Source: Pyrinomonadaceae bacterium (lineage in GTDB: Bacteria; Acidobacteriota; Blastocatellia; Pyrinomonadales; Pyrinomonadaceae). Taken from it: a stretch of 64,000 nt of DNA. The stretch lies in the NCBI GenBank assembly GCA_046313635.1, contig JBKBYA010000001.1, positions 863,481 to 927,480 on the forward strand, given 5' to 3'. The notes beneath the pieces were generated by a model that made no database searches, was not told the origin of the DNA, and saw only the letters and a list, made by a program, of their open reading frames with translations. Below are positions 28,019 through 37,600 of this stretch, piece by piece. How positions within the stretch are numbered: position 1 is the stretch's first letter; each line of letters starts with the position of its first letter. The position numbers and the translations under genes were made by a program.

Positions 28019-29827
28019 ATGGGCAAAGTAATTGGCATCGATCTCGGCACGACGAACTCCTGCGTCTCCGTTCTGGAAGGCGGCACCGTCCAGATCATCT
28101 CCAACAAAGAAGGCGGACGCACGCAGCCGTCGGTCGTCGCATTCACCAACAAGGACGAGCGCCTCGTCGGCCAGATCGCCAAACGCCAGGCGGTGACCAA
28201 TCCGCACAACACGCTTTACGCGATCAAGCGGCTGATCGGACGAAAGTTCAATTCGCCCGAGGTCGAAAAGATGCGCGAGAGCGTTCCCTTCGAGATCGTC
28301 GAGGCCTCGAATGGCGACGCGCATATTCGCGTCCTCGACCGCGTGTTCAGTCCGCCTGAGATCTCCGCGATCGTACTGCAGAGGCTCAAGCTCGCGGCCG
28401 AGGAGTTTCTCGGCACGGAGGTCACCGAGGCGATTATCACGGTGCCGGCGTACTTTGACGATATGCAGCGGCAGGCGACCCGCGATGCGGGCAAGATCGC
28501 CGGCCTAAATGTCGAGCGCATCATCAACGAGCCGACAGCAGCGGCGCTGGCCTATGGGTTTGGCAAGCAAAAGTCGGAGCGGGTCGCCGTGTACGATCTC
28601 GGCGGCGGTACGTTTGACGTTTCGATACTCGAGATCAACGACGGCGTCTTTGAAGTGCTGTCGACGTCGGGCAACACGTTTCTGGGCGGTGAAGACTTTG
28701 ACCAGCGGGTCATCAACTGGCTGATCGAGAGCTTTAGGTCCACGGCCGGCATCGATCTCAAGAACGACCGCCTCGCTCTGCAGCGACTCAAGGAGGCCGC
28801 CGAGCGAGCCAAGTGCGAGCTGTCGAGCGTCGAGGAGACGCCGATCAACCTCCCCTTTATCGCGGCCGACGCGACCGGACCCAAGCACATAAATACCGTC
28901 CTGACGCGCGCAAAGTTTGAGGAGCTGGTGGCCGATCTCGTCGATATGACCGTCGAGCCTTGTCAAAAGGCTTTGTGGGACGCAAAGCTCAAGCCCGAGG
29001 ACGTGGACAAGGTGATCCTCGTCGGCGGCCAGACGCGTTCGCCCATCATTGCTCAGACGGTGTCCGACATTTTCCGCAAGGAGCCGTCGGCCGAGATCAA
29101 TCCTGACGAGGTCGTCGCGATGGGTGCGGCGATCCAGGGCGGCATCTTTACGGGCGACGTCAAAGACATCGTGCTGCTCGACGTGCTGCCGCTGAGCCTC
29201 GGCCTCGAGACGCGCGGCGGGCTTTTTGTAAAGCTGATCAACCGCAACTCGACCATTCCGCTCAAGAATACGATGACCTTCACGACGGTCGTCGACAATC
29301 AGTCGACCGTCGAGATCCACATCCTGCAGGGCGAGCGCGAGATCGCCGCACACAATCGCAGCCTCGCCAAATTCGAGCTCGTCGGCATACCGCCGGCGCC
29401 GCGCGGTGTGCCGCAGATCGAGGTCGAATTCTCGATCGACGCCAACGGCATCGTCAGCGTGTCTGCCAAAGACAAGATGACCGGACTTGAACAGGCGACG
29501 CAGGTCACCGCGTCGTCCGGACTCTCGACCGACGAGATCGAGAGGCTCATAAGCGAGGCGGAGCAGTCGGTCGAGCGAGACAAAGAGCGGCGCGAGATCA
29601 TAATGCAGCGCAACCGTCTCGAGTCGCTCATCAATAACACGAGGCGGGCACTCGGTGAATTCGGCAGATCGATGCCGGTCGAGGACCAGCAAATGATCAA
29701 GGGCGTCCTCAACGAGGCCGAGGACGCGCTCGGGTCGAACGAAATGGACCGCCTCTATGCCGAGCTCGTCAAGGTCGAGCAGGCGGCGAGCAAGATCACC
29801 GAAGCGATGATGAGCATCGCGTCTTGA
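28019..29827 (+). CDS. dnaK: Hsp70 chaperone DnaK
   Basis: [49 protein letters not shown]. Confidence 0.95.
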   Translation: MGKVIGIDLGTTNSCVSVLEGGTVQIISNKEGGRTQPSVVAFTNKDERLVGQIAKRQAVTNPHNTLYAIKRLIGRKFNSPEVEKMRESVPFEIVEASNGDAHIRVLDRVFSPPEISAIVLQRLKLAAEEFLGTEVTEAIITVPAYFDDMQRQATRDAGKIAGLNVERIINEPTAAALAYGFGKQKSERVAVYDLGGGTFDVSILEINDGVFEVLSTSGNTFLGGEDFDQRVINWLIESFRSTAGIDLKNDRLALQRLKEAAERAKCELSSVEETPINLPFIAADATGPKHINTVLTRAKFEELVADLVDMTVEPCQKALWDAKLKPEDVDKVILVGGQTRSPIIAQTVSDIFRKEPSAEINPDEVVAMGAAIQGGIFTGDVKDIVLLDVLPLSLGLETRGGLFVKLINRNSTIPLKNTMTFTTVVDNQSTVEIHILQGEREIAAHNRSLAKFELVGIPPAPRGVPQIEVEFSIDANGIVSVSAKDKMTGLEQATQVTASSGLSTDEIERLISEAEQSVERDKERREIIMQRNRLESLINNTRRALGEFGRSMPVEDQQMIKGVLNEAEDALGSNEMDRLYAELVKVEQAASKITEAMMSIAS

Positions 29828-29926
29828 TCAGCTTGAAGAAACGCCGGCCTTTCGGCAAAATCATTGAAGCGTCAGTTCACTCGATATGGGCTGGCGCTTT
29901 CGTGACTTTGCCTACTTTTGTTCACT

Positions 29927-31048
29927 ATGTCGAAGCGAGATTATTACGAAGTTTTGGGTGTTTCCCGCACGGCGACCGACGTCGAGATCAAGAGTGCGTA
30001 TCGCAAACTTGCGGTGCAGTTTCACCCGGACAAGAATCCCGGCGACAGCGAAGCGGAAGAGAGATTCAAGGAGTGCGCGGAGGCCTACGCCGTCCTCTCC
30101 GACGCACAGAAGCGGGCGGCCTACGACCGGTTTGGTCACGCGGGCGTGGGCAGCGGCGGCGCGGGCGCCGGATTTGGCGGATTCGATCCCGGATTTTCGA
30201 ATATCGAGGACATCTTCGATATGTTCGGGTTTGGCGACGTCTTCGGCGGGCGCGGCGGCGGGCGGAGGCGCTCGGCGGTGCAGCGCGGCGCCGACCTGCG
30301 CTACGACCTCGAGATAACGCTCGAGGAGGCCGCGACCGGCAAAGAGCAGAAATTAAAGATCCCGCGTCTCGAAACGTGCGGCGGCTGCTCGGGCAGCGGT
30401 GCAGAAAAGGGAACGCAGCCCGAGACCTGCATCACATGCGGCGGCGCCGGACAGACGCGTTACCAGCAGGGATTTTTCAGCGTGATGCGAACGTGTCCGA
30501 ACTGTCAGGGCTCGGGCCGCATCGTCCGCGACCCGTGCAAGGAGTGCCGCGGCAGCGGCCGCGTCGAAAAGGAACGTTCGCTCGAGATCAAGATCCCGGC
30601 CGGCGTCGAGACCGGCTCGCGGCTGCGGGTGTCGGGCGAGGGAGAGTCGGGCGTCAACGGCGGCCCTCCGGGCGATCTGTTTGTTGTCGTCCACGTCCGC
30701 GAGCACGAGCACTTTGAGCGGCAGGGGAACAATCTCTATTCGGCCGTTCCGATCACCTTTGCGCAGGCGGCGCTCGGCGCCGAGATCACCGTCAGAACGC
30801 TCGAGGGCGAAGAGCCGCTTAAGATACCCGCCGGCACTCAGACGGGCACGGTCTTTAGGATCAAGAACCACGGAATGCCGAATCTCGGCGGACGAGGCAG
30901 GGGCGATCTCTTTGTCGCCGTCCAGCTCGTCACGCCGAAGACGCTCACCAAAGAACAGCGCAAGCTCCTCGAGCGCCTCGCCGAGATCGAGGACAAGGAC
31001 TTTGGCGACGAGTCGCTGATGGACAAGGTGAGGAATATTTTTGGATAA
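29927..31048 (+). CDS. dnaJ: chaperone DnaJ
   Basis: J-domain HPD, G/F-rich linker, four CxxCxGxG repeats. Confidence 0.97.
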   Translation: MSKRDYYEVLGVSRTATDVEIKSAYRKLAVQFHPDKNPGDSEAEERFKECAEAYAVLSDAQKRAAYDRFGHAGVGSGGAGAGFGGFDPGFSNIEDIFDMFGFGDVFGGRGGGRRRSAVQRGADLRYDLEITLEEAATGKEQKLKIPRLETCGGCSGSGAEKGTQPETCITCGGAGQTRYQQGFFSVMRTCPNCQGSGRIVRDPCKECRGSGRVEKERSLEIKIPAGVETGSRLRVSGEGESGVNGGPPGDLFVVVHVREHEHFERQGNNLYSAVPITFAQAALGAEITVRTLEGEEPLKIPAGTQTGTVFRIKNHGMPNLGGRGRGDLFVAVQLVTPKTLTKEQRKLLERLAEIEDKDFGDESLMDKVRNIFG

Positions 31049-31050
31049 GG

Positions 31051-31081
31051 GTAGTCGGTAGTCAGTAGTCGGTAGTGGTAG
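31051..31081. repeat. short heptamer tandem array GTAGTC(G/A)
   Basis: GTAGTCG GTAGTCA GTAGTCG GTAGTG GTAG directly after the dnaJ stop. Confidence 0.65.
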
Positions 31082-31086
31082 ATCGT

Positions 31087-31120
31087 AAAAAGGGGTCTCT
31101 CGCTCGAGAGCCCCTTTTTG
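31087..31120 (+). terminator. intrinsic terminator after dnaJ
   Basis: AAAAAGGGG(T)CTCTCG-CT-CGAGAGCCCCTTTTT. Confidence 0.75.
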
Positions 31121-31241
31121 TTGTCAGGAGCGGGTGATCTGCGATCTGGTCGCAGCCTGCATTTTCATCCTGCCGCGTCCTGTTCGGGCGGTCACCTGGC
31201 TCAATTTGTTACGATAGAACTTCCTGCTAACAGATCCTTCG

Positions 31242-31715
31242 ATGATTACCGACTCCGAATTCAGGAACGCGATGGCCCGGCTTGCCGGCGGCGTGACCGT
31301 CGTGACGACGCGCGATCTCGCCGGACGGCCGCACGGGCTGACGGTGACCGCCTTTACGTCGCTCTCGGCCGAGCCGCCGCTCGTGCTCTTTTGCATTCAC
31401 AAGCAGACGTACAGCCATTACGCGTTCTTTGAAAGGCAGGCCTTTGTCGTCAGCATCCTCGCCGAGGATCAGGAGGAGATCTCGCGGCAGTTCGCTGATC
31501 CGGACGTTGATAAATTCGTCCGCGTCGAGCTCGTCGAGACCGCGATCGGCCTGCCCGGCATCGCCGGCAGCCTCGCCGTGCTCGAATGCCGCGTCGTGCA
31601 GCATTACGACGGCGGCGATCACACGATAGTCATCGGCGAGCTCGACCGCGTGCAGCTCGGCGAGGGCTCGCCGCTCGTTTACTTTCGCGGCGAATACCGG
31701 CGCCTTGCCGATTAG
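31242..31715 (+). CDS. flavin reductase family protein (HpaC/RutF-like)
   Basis: FRNAMARLAGGVTVVT, SLSAEPPLV, GGDHTIVIG, PLVYFRGEY. Confidence 0.93.
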   Translation: MITDSEFRNAMARLAGGVTVVTTRDLAGRPHGLTVTAFTSLSAEPPLVLFCIHKQTYSHYAFFERQAFVVSILAEDQEEISRQFADPDVDKFVRVELVETAIGLPGIAGSLAVLECRVVQHYDGGDHTIVIGELDRVQLGEGSPLVYFRGEYRRLAD

Positions 31716-33190
31716 TCGCGGCGCTTGATGACGCCCGAATCGACCGTCTTGCCGTCGCGTGCCACGACCTGAAAGTACATCTCGTCGCCCGTTATCTCGA
31801 CCAGCATAAATGACAGGTCCGAGTCAAAGGCCGCGGCCGTCAGCGGCGAGCGGTCCTTGACGTCGCCCTTTCTGATCTTGCCCGCGGCTCCCGCCACGAA
31901 ATAGCTGATCCCGTCCTGCGGCTTGATCCGCTCGTAAAAGTGATCGTGCCCTGTAAATACGACGTCGACGCCATTCGCCGCAAAGATCGGAGGCAGGATG
32001 CTCCGCACCTCAGGGTCCGAGCCGTGACGCCCGCCGGATGAGAAGGGCGGGTGATGAAAGAAAGCGATCCTCCATTTGTTGGTGTCGCCCGTCAGCTTGT
32101 CGCGCAGCCAGTCGAGCTGCCGCTTGTCGAGATAGTTGCTGTTCAGAGCGTAGAAGGATACGCCGCCCTTCTCTATCCGGTAGTAGTCCTCGCCGTTCAT
32201 GTTAAAGAGCGCGTAGAACCTCTGATTGGGCGTGTCGTGATTGCCGAGTGACGCATAAAATTTGACGCCCTTGTCGATGAGCGCGCGGTAGGCGTTCTCA
32301 AACTTGAGCTTCATATCCTCGGGCCCGTCCGGGCCGTATATGTTGTCGCCGGTCATCAGCACCGTGTCGAAGGGAAAAGCGATGTGATACGTGTTGAGCA
32401 TCCGGGCGAGATCGTACTGCTCGCGGCTGCCGCGGCCCGCATCGCCGAAGACGGCGAGCCTGATCGACCCGTCACGCAGCGGCAGCGTCAAAGGCGACGG
32501 CAGCTTTACCGCGACCGAACGATTGACCGGCGCCGGTGCCGCCGAATTTTCAAGCGTCGTCGTCGAGACGGGAGCGCTCTGTTGCGGGCCGGCCGCGGCG
32601 GGCGTCGTGACCGGCGGCAGAGCGTCGCCCATATAATCGACGATCAACTGATTTTCGCGGTCTACCAGCAAAAGGTAGTTGCCGACAAATCGGTATTGAA
32701 GCTGTTTGGGAAGCTGCGGCAGCGCGAGCAGCAGCGTCGGCGGCGTGTCGAGCAGCTCCTTCGACTCGGGGTAGGCGACGTTTACCTTTATCGGAACGCC
32801 CTTGTTCTCGGCCTCGAAGACCTTTGTTCGCAGTTCGACGCTGTCCCGACCCTTGAACTGTTCGGCGATCACCCGGCGGACCAGGGCGGCGGCCTCCGGC
32901 GTAAAGATCTGCCCTTGGGACGCTCCCGCGCGCGCGTTCTGGACCGCGGTCATAAATGCCGCCTTATGTGCCTGGATCTGTTCGGGCGAGGCCCGCTTGG
33001 GCAAGCGGGGCAGGCGTCTTTCGACCTGCTCGCGCAGTTTAACGTATCCCTTTGCATCGTTCTCAAATCGAGAAGCGATAGTCCTGTCATTCGCGACAAA
33101 AGCGCTTTGCGCCGAGGCCGTACCGGCGAGGAGCGCAAAGGCGATCGCGACCACGCTGTAATATTTTCTTACAAAGCTCATAACCTTCAT
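31712..33190 (-). CDS. secreted calcineurin-like metallophosphoesterase with extra N-terminal domain
   Basis: FGDAG, TGDNIY, LGNHD, HHPP, GHDHFYER; signal peptide from ATG 33190. Confidence 0.88.
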   Translation of the reverse strand: MKVMSFVRKYYSVVAIAFALLAGTASAQSAFVANDRTIASRFENDAKGYVKLREQVERRLPRLPKRASPEQIQAHKAAFMTAVQNARAGASQGQIFTPEAAALVRRVIAEQFKGRDSVELRTKVFEAENKGVPIKVNVAYPESKELLDTPPTLLLALPQLPKQLQYRFVGNYLLLVDRENQLIVDYMGDALPPVTTPAAAGPQQSAPVSTTTLENSAAPAPVNRSVAVKLPSPLTLPLRDGSIRLAVFGDAGRGSREQYDLARMLNTYHIAFPFDTVLMTGDNIYGPDGPEDMKLKFENAYRALIDKGVKFYASLGNHDTPNQRFYALFNMNGEDYYRIEKGGVSFYALNSNYLDKRQLDWLRDKLTGDTNKWRIAFFHHPPFSSGGRHGSDPEVRSILPPIFAANGVDVVFTGHDHFYERIKPQDGISYFVAGAAGKIRKGDVKDRSPLTAAAFDSDLSFMLVEITGDEMYFQVVARDGKTVDSGVIKRRD

Positions 33191-33396
33191 CCCTCGTCCC
33201 TCGTCGCGGAGTGTTTTCGCAAGGGTTATGCCGCGATATCCGCCGCAACGAAGCGATGTCCAAAAAGGCACGATTGCTGAGGCCACCGCGGATATCGGCG
33301 CTTGTGTGACCTCCAGCCGAGCGGCGCCGCTGCGGGCCGGGGCGCATGAGTGCGGTTCAGGCATGTGGATCCAAGCGGAGCGTTACGGAGGTGAAT

Positions 33397-33635
33397 ATGA
33401 AAAAGGGTAGTTTGCGGCTGTGCGCGATCGCTCTCGCGGCGGTGTCGACCGTCGCCGGCACGGCCGCTGGCTGGCCGACCGGCTGCTCCAGCTCACGGAC
33501 AAGCAGATAAGCGACGCCTTTCGCGCGGCAAACTATTCGGACGAGCACCTTACGACCTATACAGCGGCCGTCAAGTCGCGCATCCGGCAGCTCGACGAGG
33601 CGACCCGCGGCGTCCGGCAGACCGTGGAGAATTAG
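33397..33635 (+). pseudogene. probable internally deleted remnant of a secreted protein gene
   Basis: GGAGGTGA RBS and signal peptide MKKGSLRLCAIALAAVSTVAGTAA that stops after 37 aa; a protein-like C-terminus (GRWLADRLLQLTDKQISDAFRAANYS...) follows in another frame. Confidence 0.55.
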
Positions 33636-33661
33636 GATCACCGCAGTACGATCACGGCGCT

Positions 33662-34117
33662 TCAGCTTGCTTTCGTGAGGCGGTCCTTTACGGCCTCGCT
33701 GACCGCGCGGCCGTCCGCAGACTTGCCGGCGAGCTTTGCGAGGGCCGCCTTCATCACGACGCCCATATCCTTTGGCGACGAAGCTCCGGTCTCGGCGATC
33801 GCCTCGGTCACGGCCGCTTCGATGTCCTCTGGCGAGGCGGCCTGCGGCAGATATGTCTCGATGACGGCGAGTTCGGCCGCTTCTTTCTCCGCAAGCTCGG
33901 CACGGCCCGCGGCGTTGTACTGCTCGATCGAATCGCGTCGCTGCTTGACGAGCGACTGGAGCGCCTTTGTGATCTCCTCGTCGGTCAGATCACCGCCCTT
34001 TTCGATCTGCCGATTCATCAGATTTGCCTTGACCATGCGCAGCGTCGAGAGCCGCGCGGCGTCCTTTGCCTTCATCGCGTCGGTCAGGTCGGAGACGATC
34101 TTGTCTTTCAGACTCAT
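33662..34117 (-). CDS. GatB/YqeY domain protein
   Basis: MSLKDKI..D...AMKAKD..RLSTLRM, KQRRDSIEQY..AGR, KDMGVVM. Confidence 0.93.
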   Translation of the reverse strand: MSLKDKIVSDLTDAMKAKDAARLSTLRMVKANLMNRQIEKGGDLTDEEITKALQSLVKQRRDSIEQYNAAGRAELAEKEAAELAVIETYLPQAASPEDIEAAVTEAIAETGASSPKDMGVVMKAALAKLAGKSADGRAVSEAVKDRLTKAS

Positions 34118-34159
34118 ACGCTCACAGTCTATTGCGAAAGCTCGCCGCCCAACAAACTC

Positions 34160-34185
34160 AAAAAAAAGCCCGGCGCCGGCCGGGC
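34160..34185 (-). terminator. intrinsic terminator (minus strand)
   Basis: Minus strand reads GCCCGGC-CGGC-GCCGGGC-TTTTTTTT. Confidence 0.7.
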
Positions 34186-34209
34186 CATAAACACCGTTGG
34201 AGGAGAGAT

Positions 34210-34407
34210 CTAAAATCCGCCGGCCGCCGACCGGTTGAATCCGGGCGAGCCGCTCTCTTGCGCGTGCGTATCTATCCGCCCGCGGCGCGCCGATGCGGGA
34301 GCCGAAGACGATCGACGCCACCACGCCGCAAGCGCGATACTGCCGCCGAGCAGCAGCCCGGCCGTAACGATCGTGCGATAGTCGATACCCTTTGATCTGT
34401 TTGCCAT
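34210..34407 (-). CDS. small single-TM protein (65 aa)
   Basis: MANRSKGIDYRTIVTAGLLLGGSIALAAWWRR...; one TM helix followed by basic residues; has its own terminator downstream. Confidence 0.55.
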   Translation of the reverse strand: MANRSKGIDYRTIVTAGLLLGGSIALAAWWRRSSSAPASARRGRIDTHAQESGSPGFNRSAAGGF

Positions 34408-34695
34408 ATGAAACCCCTGGATAAGTGCCGTCCTGCGACAGAGGCACCACAAGTATCTTCGGGAGGATCCTGAATACCCGTGCTTATCAACAGGACGGAT
34501 TTTTAGCATAGAAAATCGCGGAAGCGGGTAATGTACTCCAGGGTACGGAAGCTGAAATTCTCGGCATTTGCTCACATCTGGCCGACATTCGGCCGCCCCG
34601 GCCCTCAAAGCAACCATTCAAAAATCTCGCCGCATCACACCGGGCAGGTCCTGCAGTTTTTCGACCAATCCAACAGCAAAGTTCGAAACGGCAAT

Positions 34696-37600
34696 ATGCG
34701 TATCAAGCTCTCTCTCTTGAGCGCCCTGACAGCGGTTTGCGCTTTTACAGCGGCCGGGCAGACGGTAAATGAATCCGGCTCTTCGGTGGTGATCAACAAA
34801 CTGACGGCTGACGTCTCGCTCGCGATCGAATCGCGTGCCGCCGTGCCGGCGCCGGTCGAGCTCTCGCTGTTAGACGTCGACGGCAAGGTTCGAGCGGAGC
34901 GCTCGCAAACGGTCCGCTTGAGTGCCGGCTCGCGCAGCTACAAATTCTTGATCCCGATCGGCAGTGTGATGAGAGACGCCGGCAGCGAGATCGGCTGGTG
35001 GCGTCTGCGTTATCGCGTGGGCGGCTCGACCGGCATCGTCTCTCTTTCCGAACTGCTTAGGGGCGACTTTGAATTGCGGGCCGCCGCATTCCAGCGCGTC
35101 GCGCCGGGCGAGCCGATCCGCGTCCGCGTCCGTGCGCTCGACCCGTACAAGGACAAGGGCGTCCGCGGCGTCGCGATAACGGGCGTGCTGATCGTCGGCC
35201 TCGACACCGAAGAGGACGAAGACGAACTCAAGCTCATCGCAAAGGGGCGCACCGACGGCGACGGCTTCGCCATTCTCGATTTCCGCGTGCCCGCCAATAT
35301 CAAGTGGGACGGCGACGAGATCGATATCAAGATCACCGGCCAAAAGAACGGCGTCGTCCGCGAGATCGACGACGACATCGACACAGACGATCGGCAGTCG
35401 TCCGTTCTGCTGACAGCGGACAAGCCGCTCTACCAGCCGGGACAGACTTTCAACGTCCGCGGGCTTTTTCTGGACCCGAACAACACGGTCGTCGCCGGCG
35501 CCGAGCTCGAATTCAAGATCGAGGACGAGGACGACACCGTCGTCTTTCGCCAAACGGTCAAGACGTCCGAATACGGCATCGCCGCGATCTCGTGGCCGAT
35601 TCCCGAGAGCGCAAAGCTCGGCTCGTATCGGGTCATCGTCGAGGCCGACGACGACCTGCGCGAGGACCAGTTGGTCTTTAAGATCTCTCGTTACGATCTG
35701 CCGAATTTCAGCGTCGTCGCTAAACCCGACCAGACCTATTACCTGCCGACCGAAACGCAGGCCGCGATCACCGTCAACGCCGATTATCTATTCGGCAAAC
35801 CGGTCACTCGCGGCAAGGTGCGCGTCGTCGAGGAGTCGGACCGCAAGTGGAATTGGCGCGAGCAGCGATACGACGTTACCGAAGGCGCGGTCGTCGAGGG
35901 CCAGACGGACGCGAGCGGTAAGTTCGTCGCCAAGATCGATCTCAAAAAAGACATCGCGGAATTGCGGGAGCATGAGTGGAAGCGATTCGAGGACCTGACC
36001 TTCAGCGCCTATTTCACAGATCTCACGACCAACCGTACCGAGCAGCGGCGATTCGACATTCGTCTGACCAAGGAGCCGATCCACATTTACCTGATGCGGT
36101 ACGCCGAGCAGCACGAGGACCTGCCGCTCACTGCATACGTCTCGACCTTTTACGCCGACGGCACGCCCGCGTCGTGCACGGTCGAGGTCGCCGACGCGGG
36201 CGGGACGGTCGAGCGCTTTAAGACAAACTCGCTCGGCGCCGGGAAGTTCGAGGTCCGCATCCCGCCCGAGCGGATCAAGAGCTCTGAATACGAGATCCGC
36301 ATCACGGCCCGCGACCGCGAGGGCCGGCAGGGCAGGATCGAGGAGTCGTATTACCTCTCGTCAAACGACGCGGTCCGCATTACGACCGACAAGACGATCT
36401 ACTCGCCGGGCGAGCCGGTCGAGGTTGATCTGATGTCGTCGCGCAAGAGCGGCTTTGTTTACGTCGACGTCGTCAGCGAAGGAGCGCCGATCGAGTCGCA
36501 CACCGTCGAGCTCCGGGGCGGACGAGCGCATCTGACCCTGCCGTACAGGCCGGCATTCGCGGGCGAGCTGACTATCGCCGCGTACACCGACGAAGAAGAC
36601 GGCCGCTGGTACGACGAGATGCGCGCCGCTCGCGGGATAATTTTTCCGCAGCAGCGAAACCTGGTGCTCGACGCAAAATTTACCAAGGAGACGTACAAGC
36701 CCGGCGAGGACGCGGTTGTGCGATTCGCTGTCCGCGACGCCCAGCGGCGGCCGTTCGAGAGCGCGATCGGGCTCGGCATTTTTGACAAGGCGATCGAGGA
36801 GCGGGCACGCACCGATGCGGAATTCGGCGGCTACTTCGATCGCTTTTACCGGCTGATGGGCTACGAGCGCTCGTTCGGGAATCTCAGCGTCAAGGACCTC
36901 AACGATCTCGATATGTCGCGGCCGCCGTCGCCCGAGATGCAGCTTGCGGCCGAGATCATGCTCGCCGGCGGCCGGTACTATCCCGAGGTCTTTCACAGCG
37001 GCAACATCGACGCGCGGGCCAAGGATCTCTATTCCGGATCGATCGCGAAGCAGCTCGCACCTATCGCCGCGGCACTCGACGCGCAGTACGCCGCCGATTT
37101 CTCGCATCCGACCGATCGGCCGTCTTTGGAACGCATCCTCGCCGCACGCGGCGTCGACCTTGCGCAGATGCTCGACCCGTGGGGCAACGCTTACTCGGCC
37201 GCGTTCACCGTCGATCGGACGCACGACGTCGTAACGCTGAGATCGTCCGGGCCGGACAAGCAGCCCGGCACGGCCGACGACTTTGACGTACTGAGCAAGC
37301 GGTACGCGTACTTCACAAAAACGGGCGAGGCGATCGACCGCGCTTCGGGCGATTATCACACCCGCACCGGCCGCTACATTCGCGATCTCGCGACGCTCTC
37401 GGCCGAGCTTGCGAAGCAGGGCGTCGATCCCGCGTCGCTGACCAAGGATCGCTGGGGCCGCGATCATCGGATCACGTTCGAGGTCGCGGGCCGCAATTAC
37501 CTGACACGGATCTACTCGCTCGGCCCGAACGGCGTTTACGACGGGCCGCAGACGTGGCGCGGCGACGACGTCGAGGTTTGGAAGAGCTACATAGATCACT

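Noticed and set aside
34118..34450. N-terminal extension of YqeY (262-aa ORF)
   Set aside because: It crosses a terminator and another small ORF; the family start is MSLKDKI at 34117.
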